Of a DNA stretch of 64,000 nucleotides, positions 10,264 through 20,537 are shown piece by piece. How positions within the stretch are numbered: the stretch's first letter is position 1; each line of letters starts with the position of its first letter. The notes under the pieces were generated by a model. That model searched no databases and had not been told where the DNA came from. It was given only the letters and a program-made list of their open reading frames with translations. Both the position numbers and the translations under genes were made by a program. The stretch is from an uncultured Lentisphaerales bacterium (lineage in GTDB: Bacteria > Verrucomicrobiota > Lentisphaeria > JABSQK01 > UBA12247), in the NCBI GenBank assembly GCA_943788985.1, contig CALSSJ010000018.1, positions 79,093 through 143,092 of the forward strand. The letters are read 5' to 3'.

Positions 10264-11841
10264 CTATTCAATTGAAGGTCTCTGGGTGCGATACTCGTCT
10301 TCGCAAGCCTGCCATTGAGCGCGCATTTCCTGGCATTTATTTGGCATCTGACTGGACTGATCAACCATTTCGCAACGGTCAGTCGAAAGGTCGTAGAGGG
10401 CCCAGGAATTGTCGCTGGCACCCTGGTCGACGAGCGATTCGTTCACCAGTTTCCAGTCGCCCACTCGCAGAGCCCGGTTGCCTGCGTGGTGAAAATAGAT
10501 ATGATCGCGTGTCACGCTGCCGTCTTGTGCGAACGTGGGGACCAGGCTCTTGCCGGGCAGCGTCGGAGCCCCAGCCGGGATGGGAATTTCCGCTGGGTCG
10601 ACGCCAGCCAACTCGAGAATGGTCGGCAGAAAGTCAATCACATGGCCCATGTCGTGGCGCAATGCGCCGCGTGCCTTGATCCCGTTCGGCCAAGACGCTA
10701 CCAGTGCTGTAGACACGCCGCCTTCATGTACCCAGATCTTATGCCGCCGGAAGGGGGCATTGCTGCAGGTCGACCAGCCAGGCCCAAGACACAGGTGGCT
10801 CATTTCCGAGCCCGCAGGTACACTTGGATCATGGCCTTGGCCACGGATCATCATCTCCGCGCTGGCGCCATTGTCCGACAAAAACAGCACCAGCGTATCC
10901 TCACGCACAGCCATCGCCTCAAGCTGGTTCAGCAGCCGCCCGATCTCTCGATCCGTCCGATCGACCATGGCCGCATGAATGGCCATCTTGGTCGCTTGGA
11001 ATCGCTTTTGCTCGGCGCTCAGCGAATCCCACGGGACGGCATACTCGATTTCACCGGGCCCGTACTGGTCGTCCCACTCGTCCTTGCCGGCTAGATAGTG
11101 CGGTGCGGGTACATCTGGCTCGCGTGCCGAGAGATCACAGTTGACGATCCCCAGCGCGCGCAGGCGCTGCCAGCGCCGTTCGCGCATGACATCCCAGCCT
11201 TCTTCATACCGGTCCATATAGTTGTCGATGTCTTCCTGTTCCGCCTGAACTGGAAAGTGGGGTGTGGTGTAGCAGACGTAATGAAAGAAGGGCGTTTCTG
11301 CGTGGCGAGCATGATGCTCCTCCAAGCATTCCAGAGCGTGGTCGGTAATCGCGGTCGCCGAAAACTTCGTGCCGCCATCCTCCTGATGGAAGAAATGACC
11401 GTATTGCTCGATAGTGCCCCCGGAGCTTTTGTCGAAGCCGCCATCCCGTTCGGGATCCTTCGTATTGTGCATGTGCCACTTGCCGGAGTGATAGCTGCGG
11501 TAGCCGCACGGGTCGAGATGCTGGGGGAGCAACTGCTGCCACGGCGGGCGATATCCCGTGGGCGGATCCATGCAGACCTGTGGCGGATAGTAGCCGGTCA
11601 AGATCCCCGCGCGGGACGGCCAGCAGCGACCAGTATTGTAAAACTGCGTGAAGCGCACGCCGGACGAGGCCAGGCGGTCCACGTTGGGCGTTTCGATTTC
11701 GCCGCCATAACAGCCGGGATCGGAGTAGCCCATATCATCCATCACCACCAGCATGATGTTCGGGCGTCGGCCTGCCAATGATTCTGTTGGACTTGGCGTC
11801 GTCATGATATGGGTTCCTTTGGTGTCGCTTATTGTCGCCAC
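10264..11841 (-). CDS. Arylsulfatase (formylglycine-dependent S1 family)
   Basis: RPNIMLVVMDDMGYSD, the CxPxR signature CWPSRAGILTG, GKWH and FLSDNG. Confidence 0.92.
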   Translation of the reverse strand: MATISDTKGTHIMTTPSPTESLAGRRPNIMLVVMDDMGYSDPGCYGGEIETPNVDRLASSGVRFTQFYNTGRCWPSRAGILTGYYPPQVCMDPPTGYRPPWQQLLPQHLDPCGYRSYHSGKWHMHNTKDPERDGGFDKSSGGTIEQYGHFFHQEDGGTKFSATAITDHALECLEEHHARHAETPFFHYVCYTTPHFPVQAEQEDIDNYMDRYEEGWDVMRERRWQRLRALGIVNCDLSAREPDVPAPHYLAGKDEWDDQYGPGEIEYAVPWDSLSAEQKRFQATKMAIHAAMVDRTDREIGRLLNQLEAMAVREDTLVLFLSDNGASAEMMIRGQGHDPSVPAGSEMSHLCLGPGWSTCSNAPFRRHKIWVHEGGVSTALVASWPNGIKARGALRHDMGHVIDFLPTILELAGVDPAEIPIPAGAPTLPGKSLVPTFAQDGSVTRDHIYFHHAGNRALRVGDWKLVNESLVDQGASDNSWALYDLSTDRCEMVDQSSQMPNKCQEMRAQWQACEDEYRTQRPSIE

Positions 11842-11930
11842 ATCAGTCGTGCGACAGAGATACCGCGCCGCGCTATTGGCCCCTTTTGGGATTCACGGCA
11901 AGATGAGCACAGAAATCAAGGAAACTATAG

Positions 11931-12329
11931 ATGATAAAACGACTCTCACTTACCTGCGCCAGCCTGATTTGCGCTGTGATGCTCTTCCCGCAGTTCGTCA
12001 ACGCCCTCGACAGCCCTGCCACCACACTCGCCATTGGCGGGGCTAAAATGCCGGCATATCCTGATGGCCAGAACCTCTTCGGTAAGGACTACAAAGTGGT
12101 TGACTCCGCCTTCAGCGCCCGCGACAGCTGTGACTATACTATCGACCGTATTCGCACCGTTCGCACTGAGACGTTCCGTTACCTGCGCAATTGCTTTCCC
12201 GACTGGCCCCTGTTGCAAGTGCAATATTGGGACAAGCGCCCCGAGGTTGTTGACATGCCCGCCCACAGATCCACCGGCTATTGCCGCGGCGGTCTGTGGG
12301 CACGGGACGATCGGTTGGGGGAGCCATGA
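11931..12329 (+). pseudogene. Internally deleted sulfatase remnant
   Basis: A signal peptide is joined directly to a sulfatase C-terminal segment (ATTLAIGG..DGQNLF..SARDSCDYTIDRIRTVRTETFRYLRN); no CxPxR motif. Confidence 0.65.
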
Positions 12330-12998
12330 TCATTGCTGTGGGTTCAGGGGGGCGCTTTTAAGGAGCGCAGGAATCTCAGTAATAGATCCGAGAACTCGGT
12401 CGGCAGCCGCCCAGTCGGCATTCTCAGTCAACGTCAACGTGCTGGGGATAACCCAGCAGCGCAGCCCGGCAGCCGTCGCAGCCGCCAGGCCGCGTGGCGA
12501 ATCCTCGATCACCAAAGCGCTCGCTGGGGGGCAACCACTGCGCCTAAGGGCTAACAGATACGACTCTGGATCTGGCTTCGACTGCGCATAGTCCTCGCGC
12601 ACGAGCACAAACTCAAAGAAGCGGCGAAACCCGGTCGTCTCGTGAATGGCCTCAAAATGCTCACCACGGGAACTGGTTACCACCGCCATGCGCGTGCTGG
12701 GATACAGAGCCGCCAGCACTGCCTCAGCGCCTGGGCAGACCGTCGAATTCGCGTGGAGTAGTTCGGTATACCGGGCATTGCGCCGCAAGCGCTGTGCCTC
12801 GAGCCAGTTCAAGTCGGCAGCGCAGTCGCCAAGCAGATGCCAGGCACCTCGGTTGTCACGCAGGTAGGTCTCTTCGTAGTCTTGGCGGCTCAGCGTCACG
12901 CCCAGCTCTGCAAACACTTCGCAGGTCGCCTGGAAGTACAGCGGCTCAGTTTCCACCAGAACCCCGTCGTTGTCCCAAAATATCATTTCAATAGCCAT
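12330..12998 (-). CDS. HAD-superfamily phosphatase (beta-phosphoglucomutase-like)
   Basis: Motif I WDNDGVLVETE, VVTSS, SKPDPE, VIEDSPRG. Confidence 0.88.
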   Translation of the reverse strand: MAIEMIFWDNDGVLVETEPLYFQATCEVFAELGVTLSRQDYEETYLRDNRGAWHLLGDCAADLNWLEAQRLRRNARYTELLHANSTVCPGAEAVLAALYPSTRMAVVTSSRGEHFEAIHETTGFRRFFEFVLVREDYAQSKPDPESYLLALRRSGCPPASALVIEDSPRGLAAATAAGLRCWVIPSTLTLTENADWAAADRVLGSITEIPALLKSAPLNPQQ

Positions 12999-13245
12999 GT
13001 TCACACCGTAGCGGCTTGCGAACCCCCGACCACCGAGCCACGTCGGCAATTCGAGCCTGTTGGTGCAGTGTTTTCCTGTGCCTAAATCCTTTGTTGCCCA
13101 TAGCCTGCTCCTTCGTGGCTAGGTTCATACCGCAATTCCTTCCGAACGCTCGCCGCCCATTCTCTTAGCAGCCCGTGGAAAAACTCACGGGGCTGTTGCT
13201 GGCAGGTAACGTTTTGCGGAGACCGCAAAACCTGAAGTGTCTGTG

Positions 13246-14433
13246 ATGTGGAGGGAAGAGCACCTTTCGATCAGCCTATTGTTGGTGATTGTTGCGGTAT
13301 TGCCGGTGCTGGCTGACGACGCAAGGAGCGGTCTTTCCGATGGGCGCCGCAAGACGTTTACGCTCCCCGGCCCCAATCAGGACGGCTGTCTCTAGCTCCG
13401 GCACGTGCACAAGCGATTTCCCGAGATCGACCGGGGGGCGTTGGGTCGACTCTAGCTGCAGGCAGATAACTGATCGTTCATCAAGCTAGGAAATCTCCCA
13501 AAACGCAACGGATCAGCGCTGCTCGTGACCTCCAACACCGGAGCCCGGGTGCGCGTGCGCACCCACGACCTCCACATTGATGATCGCGGCAGAGGGCGTC
13601 TAGCTCGGAAGTCCCCAGGACCAGCCGCAGTTCGCTGCGGCACCGAGTTGATGCAGATCGGCCAGCTGGGAGGAGACACTGAGATCCACCACAATGCTTT
13701 CCTGCTCAGCGTGCTTGCCCGGAAAGATCCGTTCCAGCGGTACCAAGGCATCTTTATTGGCGGTGTCGAAACCCTCCTCAGCTTGCAGCCGTAGGCCGTC
13801 GCCGGTGATTCTCTCGAAGCAGCGGATCTCGGGCATATCCAGCACAACTACTACAGCGACGGGCGCAACCTCGCGGTCTAGATCGGGAACGGGAGCGATG
13901 GCTTTACTACCTATCGGTTCGAGCACAACTGGTTCCGAGCTATGGACTTTTGCTACGCGGAGCTTGTGCCCGATTGGTCTGCGCCCGCGGAATTGATTCG
14001 GCTGCACGACAGGCAAAATAATGCTGTGGAGCTGATTGAAAACAGCTGGCAAAATGGCTATGAGCGGCCGGCAAGCAAGCGGGATGCTGTCCGGGAGAAG
14101 AAGAGTAGCACAGAAAAGAAAGCGCCGGCATTGCCTTTCGAGACGCGGGCTTTTCTGTGGATTTTGATTGGCTCTTCTGCCGCGAAGCTGTCAGGGATAT
14201 TGCGTTCAAGCTTCAGACTCTCAAGGCTTGCCGCGGGCTGGCATGGTCTAGTGTCGGCACGAGCAGAGGTCGTCTGGTGCGAGGCAACGATCTCGCGGGC
14301 GATTCTCCTGAGCGCAACGCACCTGCAGATCGCCGGGGGCAGCCAGCACAATGAAATTGCCGCTGAGAGCACCGCGCCGCTCTTCAGAAACGCAGTCTTT
14401 GAAGAAGGCGTCGGCGCTGGTGCCAAACAGTGA
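13246..14433 (+). pseudogene. Secreted-protein pseudogene: one frame with five in-frame stops
   Basis: ATG 13246 gives a signal-like MWREEHLSISLLLVIVAVLPVLADD. The same frame contains ORFs 13525-13794 and 13942-14433, with stops at TAG 13393, TAG 13453, TGA 13471, TAG 13792 and TAG 13879. Confidence 0.5.
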
Positions 14434-14662
14434 TGCTGTAATCTATCTTGCTGTTTGACTGAATGATCAGATGACACGGTAATTGACATGGTTGACGCGG
14501 TAGGACCATCACCGAGTCACCAGGCCATCAAGTCATCCAGTGATAAGGTCAGTTGCCGGCAGTTGAACAACGCATGGGGGCGCAGTTCTACGCATCGTTA
14601 TGTTGTGTTGCAGAGTCAGCCGTGTAATACGGGAAACTTGTTCTCAATCATCCGTAGGGCCC

Positions 14663-15628
14663 ATGATGCAAAACCGATTTCTTTATTCCGCGCTTTTGGC
14701 GGCTCTCCTGTTCTCGCTGTGCGTATCGCAGGTTTGTGCAAATCCAGACATGCTTCCTAAGATCGATCAGGCGCTGGCTGGGCTAAAAACAAAGGTAGAG
14801 GTGAAAGCACCGTACAAGGTGCTGGTGTACCATCAGGCTTCTGGGTATAAGCACCCTTCCATCCCAACCATCAATACCTGCTTTCAGCGCATGGGCGAAG
14901 TCACGGGTGCCTTCAGTGCGGACCTGAGCGGCGACGCGGCAGAACTGACGGCTGAGAAGCTGAAGGGATACGACTTGGTGATTTTTAATAACACGACGAA
15001 GATTCAAAAGGTGTTTACGACGCCGGAGCATAGGGCAGCGCTGTTGGATTATGTGCGAAATGGGGGCGGCCTCGTGGCGATTCATGCTGCCACGGATGCT
15101 GGGTTCCCGCAGTGGCCGGAGTACACGAAGATGGTAGGCGGTGTCTTCGACGGCCACCCTTGGACGGCCAACGGCACGTGGGGGATTCGCATCGAAGACC
15201 CGAAGCATTGCTGCATGGATCATCTGAATGGCGAAAGCTTCACGCTGAAGGATGAGTTGTACAAGTTCAAGGAATACGATCGCGTGAATCAGCGCGTGCT
15301 GGCGACAGTAGATACACAGGTGTCGCCGAAGGGGGCTAAACAGCGCACGGACAACGATCATGCGCTGGCTTGGCTGCGCGAGTATGGCAAGGGCAAGGTA
15401 TTTGTCTCGGCATTCGGGCACAATCACTCGATTTGCTGGGATCAGCGTATTTTGCAGATGTGGCTGAACGGGATTCAGTTTGCTGCTGGGGATCTAGCCT
15501 GCGAGACCGAGGCGCTGGTGCGGCCAGAGTGGCAGAAGGAGCCAACGCCGGAGGTTAAGGAAGAACCGAAGAAAGCTAAGAAGCGGCGCAAGAAGCCAGC
15601 TCAAGGCAGGAAGAAGGCTAACCAGTAA
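14663..15628 (+). CDS. Secreted ThuA domain protein (trehalose-utilisation family)
   Basis: Signal peptide, GYKHPSI, IFNNTT, GLVAIHAATD, FDGHPW, KDELY and SAFGH motifs; Lys-rich tail. Confidence 0.85.
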   Translation: MMQNRFLYSALLAALLFSLCVSQVCANPDMLPKIDQALAGLKTKVEVKAPYKVLVYHQASGYKHPSIPTINTCFQRMGEVTGAFSADLSGDAAELTAEKLKGYDLVIFNNTTKIQKVFTTPEHRAALLDYVRNGGGLVAIHAATDAGFPQWPEYTKMVGGVFDGHPWTANGTWGIRIEDPKHCCMDHLNGESFTLKDELYKFKEYDRVNQRVLATVDTQVSPKGAKQRTDNDHALAWLREYGKGKVFVSAFGHNHSICWDQRILQMWLNGIQFAAGDLACETEALVRPEWQKEPTPEVKEEPKKAKKRRKKPAQGRKKANQ

Positions 15629-15887
15629 GCTCCCGCGCGGTGTGTCGGACCTAGCGTCGCCAGCTGCAAAACCGTCTCCACCTGCGCAGTTTGCCAGCGA
15701 TTCCGGTTCCGGATTCGCGTCGTGTGCGCTTCAATCGTTTGAATTCTGTGCGAAATCGATACAATATTGGCTTCGGGGATCTCAATCCGACAGGCTTCTC
15801 GCCTGCGTTATTCACACTAATCTACTACGAGCGCCTGATGCATTCACTCTCAGCAATTGACGTTGCTTGCCTGCTTCAGCATCTGTG

Positions 15888-16686
15888 ATGAGCGTTTCCT
15901 ACCAGGCAACTCAAGATCATGTCGGCATGGTGCGACGGCTGCGCCGCGGGATCAATGGTCTAGGGGCACGCTGCCGTTGCTGCTTCTGCGAGACAAGCTT
16001 TTGGAAGTTCTCGAAATATCGAGGTGGCTGGGAAGCGGTTTCTTCGTATCTGCGCGAGCTGGATTGGGTGAGCAGTGAATTCGATCATTTCTGGTGCCCG
16101 TTTTGTCGTAGTCATGATCGCGAACGGCACTTGAAGTACTTTTTTGATGCGCTCGATTTCTGGCGTCGTTTTGAGGGGGCAGTAGTGCTGCATCTGGCAC
16201 CGGAGAAGCACTTGGGCCGTTGCATTGAGTCATGCGGGCCAGAGCGTTATTTGCAGGGGGACCTGGTGCCGGTGCGTGAGACGATCGAGGTAGTGGATGT
16301 GACAGATATTCACGAGGAAGATGATAGTTTTTGACGTAGTGCTGTGTAATCACGTACTGGAGCATGTGCCTGAGGATGCGAAGGCGTTGGGAGAGTTGTT
16401 TCGGGTGCTAAAACCGGGCGGCGTGGCGATTCTGCAGACACCGTTTGCGGCGAAGCTCGGTAAGACGCGCGAGCGCGACCCCGAAGTTACGACAGAGGCG
16501 CAGTGCCTGGAGTTTTATGGCCAGGAGGATCATGTCCGCTTGTATGGCACGGACTTGATGGATCGGATTGGCGCGGCCGGCTTCGAGTTGGATTTGCAGA
16601 CGCATGATGCAGTGCTCCCGGAATTGGATTGTGGTGTGGCCGGTGTGAGCAGGAATGAGCGGTTAATTCTAGCGCGTAAGGCCTGA
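15888..16686 (+). CDS. Class I SAM-dependent methyltransferase with N-terminal Cys cluster; frameshift at the T-run near 16330
   Basis: CPFCRSHDRERH, VLHLAPE, then FDVVLCNHVLEHVPED..ELFRVLKPGG and YGQEDHVRLYG in the next frame. Confidence 0.8.
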
Positions 16687-16726
16687 GATTTTTTGATTTT
16701 CAAACGAAGAGACCGGCGAGGGCAAG

Positions 16727-17965
16727 ATGAAGAGAGTACCACTGGAAAGTTTAAATCGGCGTAGCTTTTTGAAGGTCGCCGGTACGGCGGCTGTCGGGCT
16801 GCCCAATATCATTACGTCGAATGCGCTGGGCGCGAATGGCGTGCCGGCGGCGAGCGGGCGCATCGTCATGGCCGGGCTTGGCATGGGCGGAAGAGGGCAG
16901 GGCGTCTTGGGCGAGTTCCTGAACTTCAAAGAGATCCAGGTGGTGGCTGTCAATGATGTGCAGAAGAACAACCTGAAGGGCGCTGAGAAAAGGGTTAATG
17001 GCAAATACGGCAACACCGATTGCGCAACGTACGAGGACTATCGTGAGGTACTGGCACGCAGCGATATCGACATGGTGTTCTGTGGCGCGCCGGATCACTG
17101 GCATGCCCAGATGATGGTGGATGCCTGCAAGGCTGGCAAAGATGTGATGTGCGAGAAGCCGCTGACTTTGACGATTGGCGAAGGACGTAAGATCGTGGAT
17201 GCGGCGCGTCAATACGGTCGGATTGCCGCTGGCGGGAGTCAGCGTGTGCTGCAGGATTTTGGCCGCGCAGCCTGTGCGGCGAACAGCGGGCGGTTCGGCA
17301 AGGTGCTATCGGCCAACGCCAATCCCGGCGGCCCACCTCGGCCTTGCTATCTACCAGGCCAACCTGTGCCGGACAATATCAACTGGGATCTTTGGTTGGG
17401 GCCAGCACCTTGGGCCGAGTACCATGCGTATCGCTGTGGCCGGGCCTACAACTTGGGCGGCAAGGGATTTCGCACTTGGGAAGACTACTCTGGCGGGATG
17501 ATGACGGATTGGGGCGGCCACAAGTTCGGCGCAGCTCTGCATGGCTTGAAGGTGGATCACACGGGGCCTAGCGAGATTCGTCCGCCCAAGGATGGCGAGC
17601 CTCTGACTTACGTGTTTGCGGACGGGAAGACGCTCAAGGTGCAGGACGGGCCTGCCTTTGTCTGCGAGGACGGCAATGCTGAGAAGAATAGCATCCGCGA
17701 TCTGAAGGTCCCAGCTGGGCTGCGCTGGTACTCAGGCGGGGCGAATTCGCTGGTGGGTGATTTCATTCACTGTGTCAAGACCCGGCAGTCTCCGTTTCGG
17801 GACGTGGAATGGGCGCACCGCACGGCGACGGTTTGCCATCTGGGCAATATCGCGCTGAAACTGAAGCGCCCGCTGAAGTGGGATCCGGTGAAGGAAGATT
17901 TCATCGATGATGCTGAAGCCAGCCGCATGGTCGACCGGCCTCGCCGCGGACCGTGGCAGATTTAA
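16727..17965 (+). CDS. Tat-exported Gfo/Idh/MocA family oxidoreductase
   Basis: Tat motif NRRSFLK; GLGMGGRG, APDHWH, CEKPLT, WDLWLGPAP, DYSGGMMTDWGGH. Confidence 0.9.
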   Translation: MKRVPLESLNRRSFLKVAGTAAVGLPNIITSNALGANGVPAASGRIVMAGLGMGGRGQGVLGEFLNFKEIQVVAVNDVQKNNLKGAEKRVNGKYGNTDCATYEDYREVLARSDIDMVFCGAPDHWHAQMMVDACKAGKDVMCEKPLTLTIGEGRKIVDAARQYGRIAAGGSQRVLQDFGRAACAANSGRFGKVLSANANPGGPPRPCYLPGQPVPDNINWDLWLGPAPWAEYHAYRCGRAYNLGGKGFRTWEDYSGGMMTDWGGHKFGAALHGLKVDHTGPSEIRPPKDGEPLTYVFADGKTLKVQDGPAFVCEDGNAEKNSIRDLKVPAGLRWYSGGANSLVGDFIHCVKTRQSPFRDVEWAHRTATVCHLGNIALKLKRPLKWDPVKEDFIDDAEASRMVDRPRRGPWQI

Positions 17966-17977
17966 GGGAGAGGAAGA

Positions 17978-20440
17978 ATGATGCACACATATAAACTGAT
18001 CTTTTTGGCGTTGGCGATGCTGGCGCAGTTCGCGGTTGCGGACGTCTGGGATGAGCTTGCGAGTTTTAAAGGAACTACAGCGAAGACCGCGCCGCCGACA
18101 GTGGTAGAGGATCTGATCGTCAGTACACCTGCCGATAAGATGGGGCCGATTGAGGCCAAGTTGATTGGGATCGTCACGTCGCCGGAGGCGACGGTGGAGG
18201 CGAAGCGGTTCGCGTGTCGCATGCTGCAGCGTGTGGGGACAGAGACCTGTGTTTCAGCGGTTCAAGGCTTGTTGGGCGATGCTCAGATGGCGCACTATGC
18301 GCGTCTTGTGCTCGAGCGGCTGCCGGAGTCAGCGGTAGCGGGCGATGCCTTGGTGGAGGCTTTGGATAGCGCAGCTGACGGCGCGAAGGCCGGGATTCTG
18401 AGTAGCATCGGGGTGCGTGGGGATGTGCGATCTACTGCCGCTGTTGCCGCGTATGCAGGCAGCGACAATGCGGCCCATGCGGCCGCCGCGCTTCAAGCGC
18501 TCGGGATGTTGGGCGGAGAAGCTGCCCGCGATGCGCTGGTCGCGGTAGATCTCTCGCCTAGCCCGGCGCTGCAGGCTACCCGTGATGGAGCCCTGATTGT
18601 GGCTGCCGACGGTTTGAAGGATGCCAAGACATTGGCGAGGATCTACGGGGCGACGAAGGCCGAAGGGGTGCGTATGGCTGCACTTCGCGCGCTGATTCGT
18701 GCCGATGAGGCGCAGGCTGTGCCGATCGTGAGTGGGCTGATCGCTGGTGAAGATTCCCGCGTGAGAAATGCCGCGTTGTCCGCGTTGGGCCGAGATGGCG
18801 GGGCTGCGCTCACCGCTGCGGCCGTGGCCACGCTGGGGACCCTGCCGACGGACAGGAAACTGGTCGTGATTGCAGTGCTGGGCCAACGAGGTGATGCGAC
18901 AGCTATTCCCGGGATTCAGGCGTATGTGGAAGCGGAAGATGCCGCTGTTGGGGAAGCGGCGTTGATGGCGCTGGCGGCTCTGGGTGATGGCACGACCGTG
19001 CCAATCCTGTTGGACTACGCAGAGGGGAGCCGGAAAACTGCTGCGCTGGAAGCTTTGCAGGCGATGACTCACCCAACTACGAACGGCAGTTTGATCGTTG
19101 AACTGCAGAACAATGACCGCAGTGTGGCGGCATGTGACGCTCTGGCTAGGCGCGCAGCCAAGGAAGCCAAGCCAGCTCTGAAAGCACTCACGACTCACGC
19201 TGATCCGCTGGTGCAGCGTGCTGCCTGGAGCGCGCTGGGCGCCACGGCCACGATCGCCGATCTGGATGAGTTGATGACCCAGGCGCTGTCGATTGAGGAT
19301 GCGAAGACCGCGAGAATGGTGTATGGCTGCGTGCGTGCAGTGAGTGCCGTCGCTACGGACAAAAATGCGTGTATCGAGGCTGTCGGCAGGCACTACGAGA
19401 GTGCAGATCAGTATGCCAAGATGTTTATCCTGGATCTTGCCGCAGCAGGCGGGAGCAGCAAGGGGATTGAGTACGCGAAAAGTGCGCTGGCATCTGGAGA
19501 CGAAAAGCTGTACAACAAGGCGGTGCGCTCGCTGGCAGCCTGGTTTGAACCCGGACCTGCAATAGGAGAACTACTGAATCTGGCGCGCAATGCGCCGGAA
19601 GAGAAAAATCGAATCCTTGCCCTGCGCGGGTATCTGACACTGGCGGGCAAAGAACAGAACGCGACCAAGGCACTTAAATGGTTGAAGGATGGCCGTGAGC
19701 TGGTCCAGCGTGCGGAAGACAAGCGCTTACTGATCGCCGGGACCGACCGCGGGAAAAACCACAAGCTTATCGAGTTGATTTACGGCTACACGGAGGACGC
19801 AGAGGTGTCCGCAGAGGCTCGATTGGTGGTGTTTAAGATGGCAGATCTGCTGCATCGTCGGAAGAGGCCGGTTCCAGCTGAGGCCATCACTGCTCTGAAG
19901 CTGATCGTTGCGGATCCAGCAAGCGATGCTGCGACCGTGAAGCGGTCCAAGGAAATTCTGGAGAAAGCAGCGAGTACGAAAGCCCCGAAGAAGAGGATCG
20001 CCGAGAAGAAGGCCGATATTATGCGTAACTGGCAGCTGGCTGGCCCATTCAGCGGGGCGGAAAAACTGTTTCTACACGCCTTTATCCCGGAAACTGCGGC
20101 GGGCGAGGTGACCTGGCGCGAGGTGACGGATGCGGACTTCTCTGGAGATCAGATTGACTTCATGAAGACGATGAAGGGCGCCAATCGCGTCGCTTATGTG
20201 AAGACCGTGATTCCCACGAAGAGGGCCCGGACAGCCCGGCTGGAACTGGGCAGCGACGATGGCGTGAAAGTTTGGTTGAACGGTACACTGGTGCATGAGA
20301 AAGATGCGAGGCGCGAGTGCAAGATCGGCGACGATGTCCTTAGCCTGTCTCTGGTGGAGGGGCAGAACCAACTTCTGGTTAAGGTTGTGCAGTATGCCGG
20401 GAATTGGGGATTCGGTGCTCGCCTCGCGCTAACTCCATAA
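17978..20440 (+). CDS. Secreted HEAT-repeat protein with C-terminal beta-sandwich domain
   Basis: Signal peptide, Ala-rich helical repeats, and a C-terminal NWQLAGPF..GSDDGVKVWLNG..NQLLVKV domain. Confidence 0.75.
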   Translation: MMHTYKLIFLALAMLAQFAVADVWDELASFKGTTAKTAPPTVVEDLIVSTPADKMGPIEAKLIGIVTSPEATVEAKRFACRMLQRVGTETCVSAVQGLLGDAQMAHYARLVLERLPESAVAGDALVEALDSAADGAKAGILSSIGVRGDVRSTAAVAAYAGSDNAAHAAAALQALGMLGGEAARDALVAVDLSPSPALQATRDGALIVAADGLKDAKTLARIYGATKAEGVRMAALRALIRADEAQAVPIVSGLIAGEDSRVRNAALSALGRDGGAALTAAAVATLGTLPTDRKLVVIAVLGQRGDATAIPGIQAYVEAEDAAVGEAALMALAALGDGTTVPILLDYAEGSRKTAALEALQAMTHPTTNGSLIVELQNNDRSVAACDALARRAAKEAKPALKALTTHADPLVQRAAWSALGATATIADLDELMTQALSIEDAKTARMVYGCVRAVSAVATDKNACIEAVGRHYESADQYAKMFILDLAAAGGSSKGIEYAKSALASGDEKLYNKAVRSLAAWFEPGPAIGELLNLARNAPEEKNRILALRGYLTLAGKEQNATKALKWLKDGRELVQRAEDKRLLIAGTDRGKNHKLIELIYGYTEDAEVSAEARLVVFKMADLLHRRKRPVPAEAITALKLIVADPASDAATVKRSKEILEKAASTKAPKKRIAEKKADIMRNWQLAGPFSGAEKLFLHAFIPETAAGEVTWREVTDADFSGDQIDFMKTMKGANRVAYVKTVIPTKRARTARLELGSDDGVKVWLNGTLVHEKDARRECKIGDDVLSLSLVEGQNQLLVKVVQYAGNWGFGARLALTP

Positions 20441-20537
20441 AAAAAGATGTATTATGATTTGCGTGCTATAGTACCCAGCAATTTGAGTCATGTTCGCGAT
20501 TGCGGGAAAAACGGTTAACAAACGGGGAGAAGGCAAA

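Noticed and set aside
13246..14433. Amber recoding (pyrrolysine or an alternative genetic code)
   Set aside because: TAG ends normal genes here (3149, 6182, 26552, 28013, 37145), one of the stops is TGA, and no pyl genes are seen.
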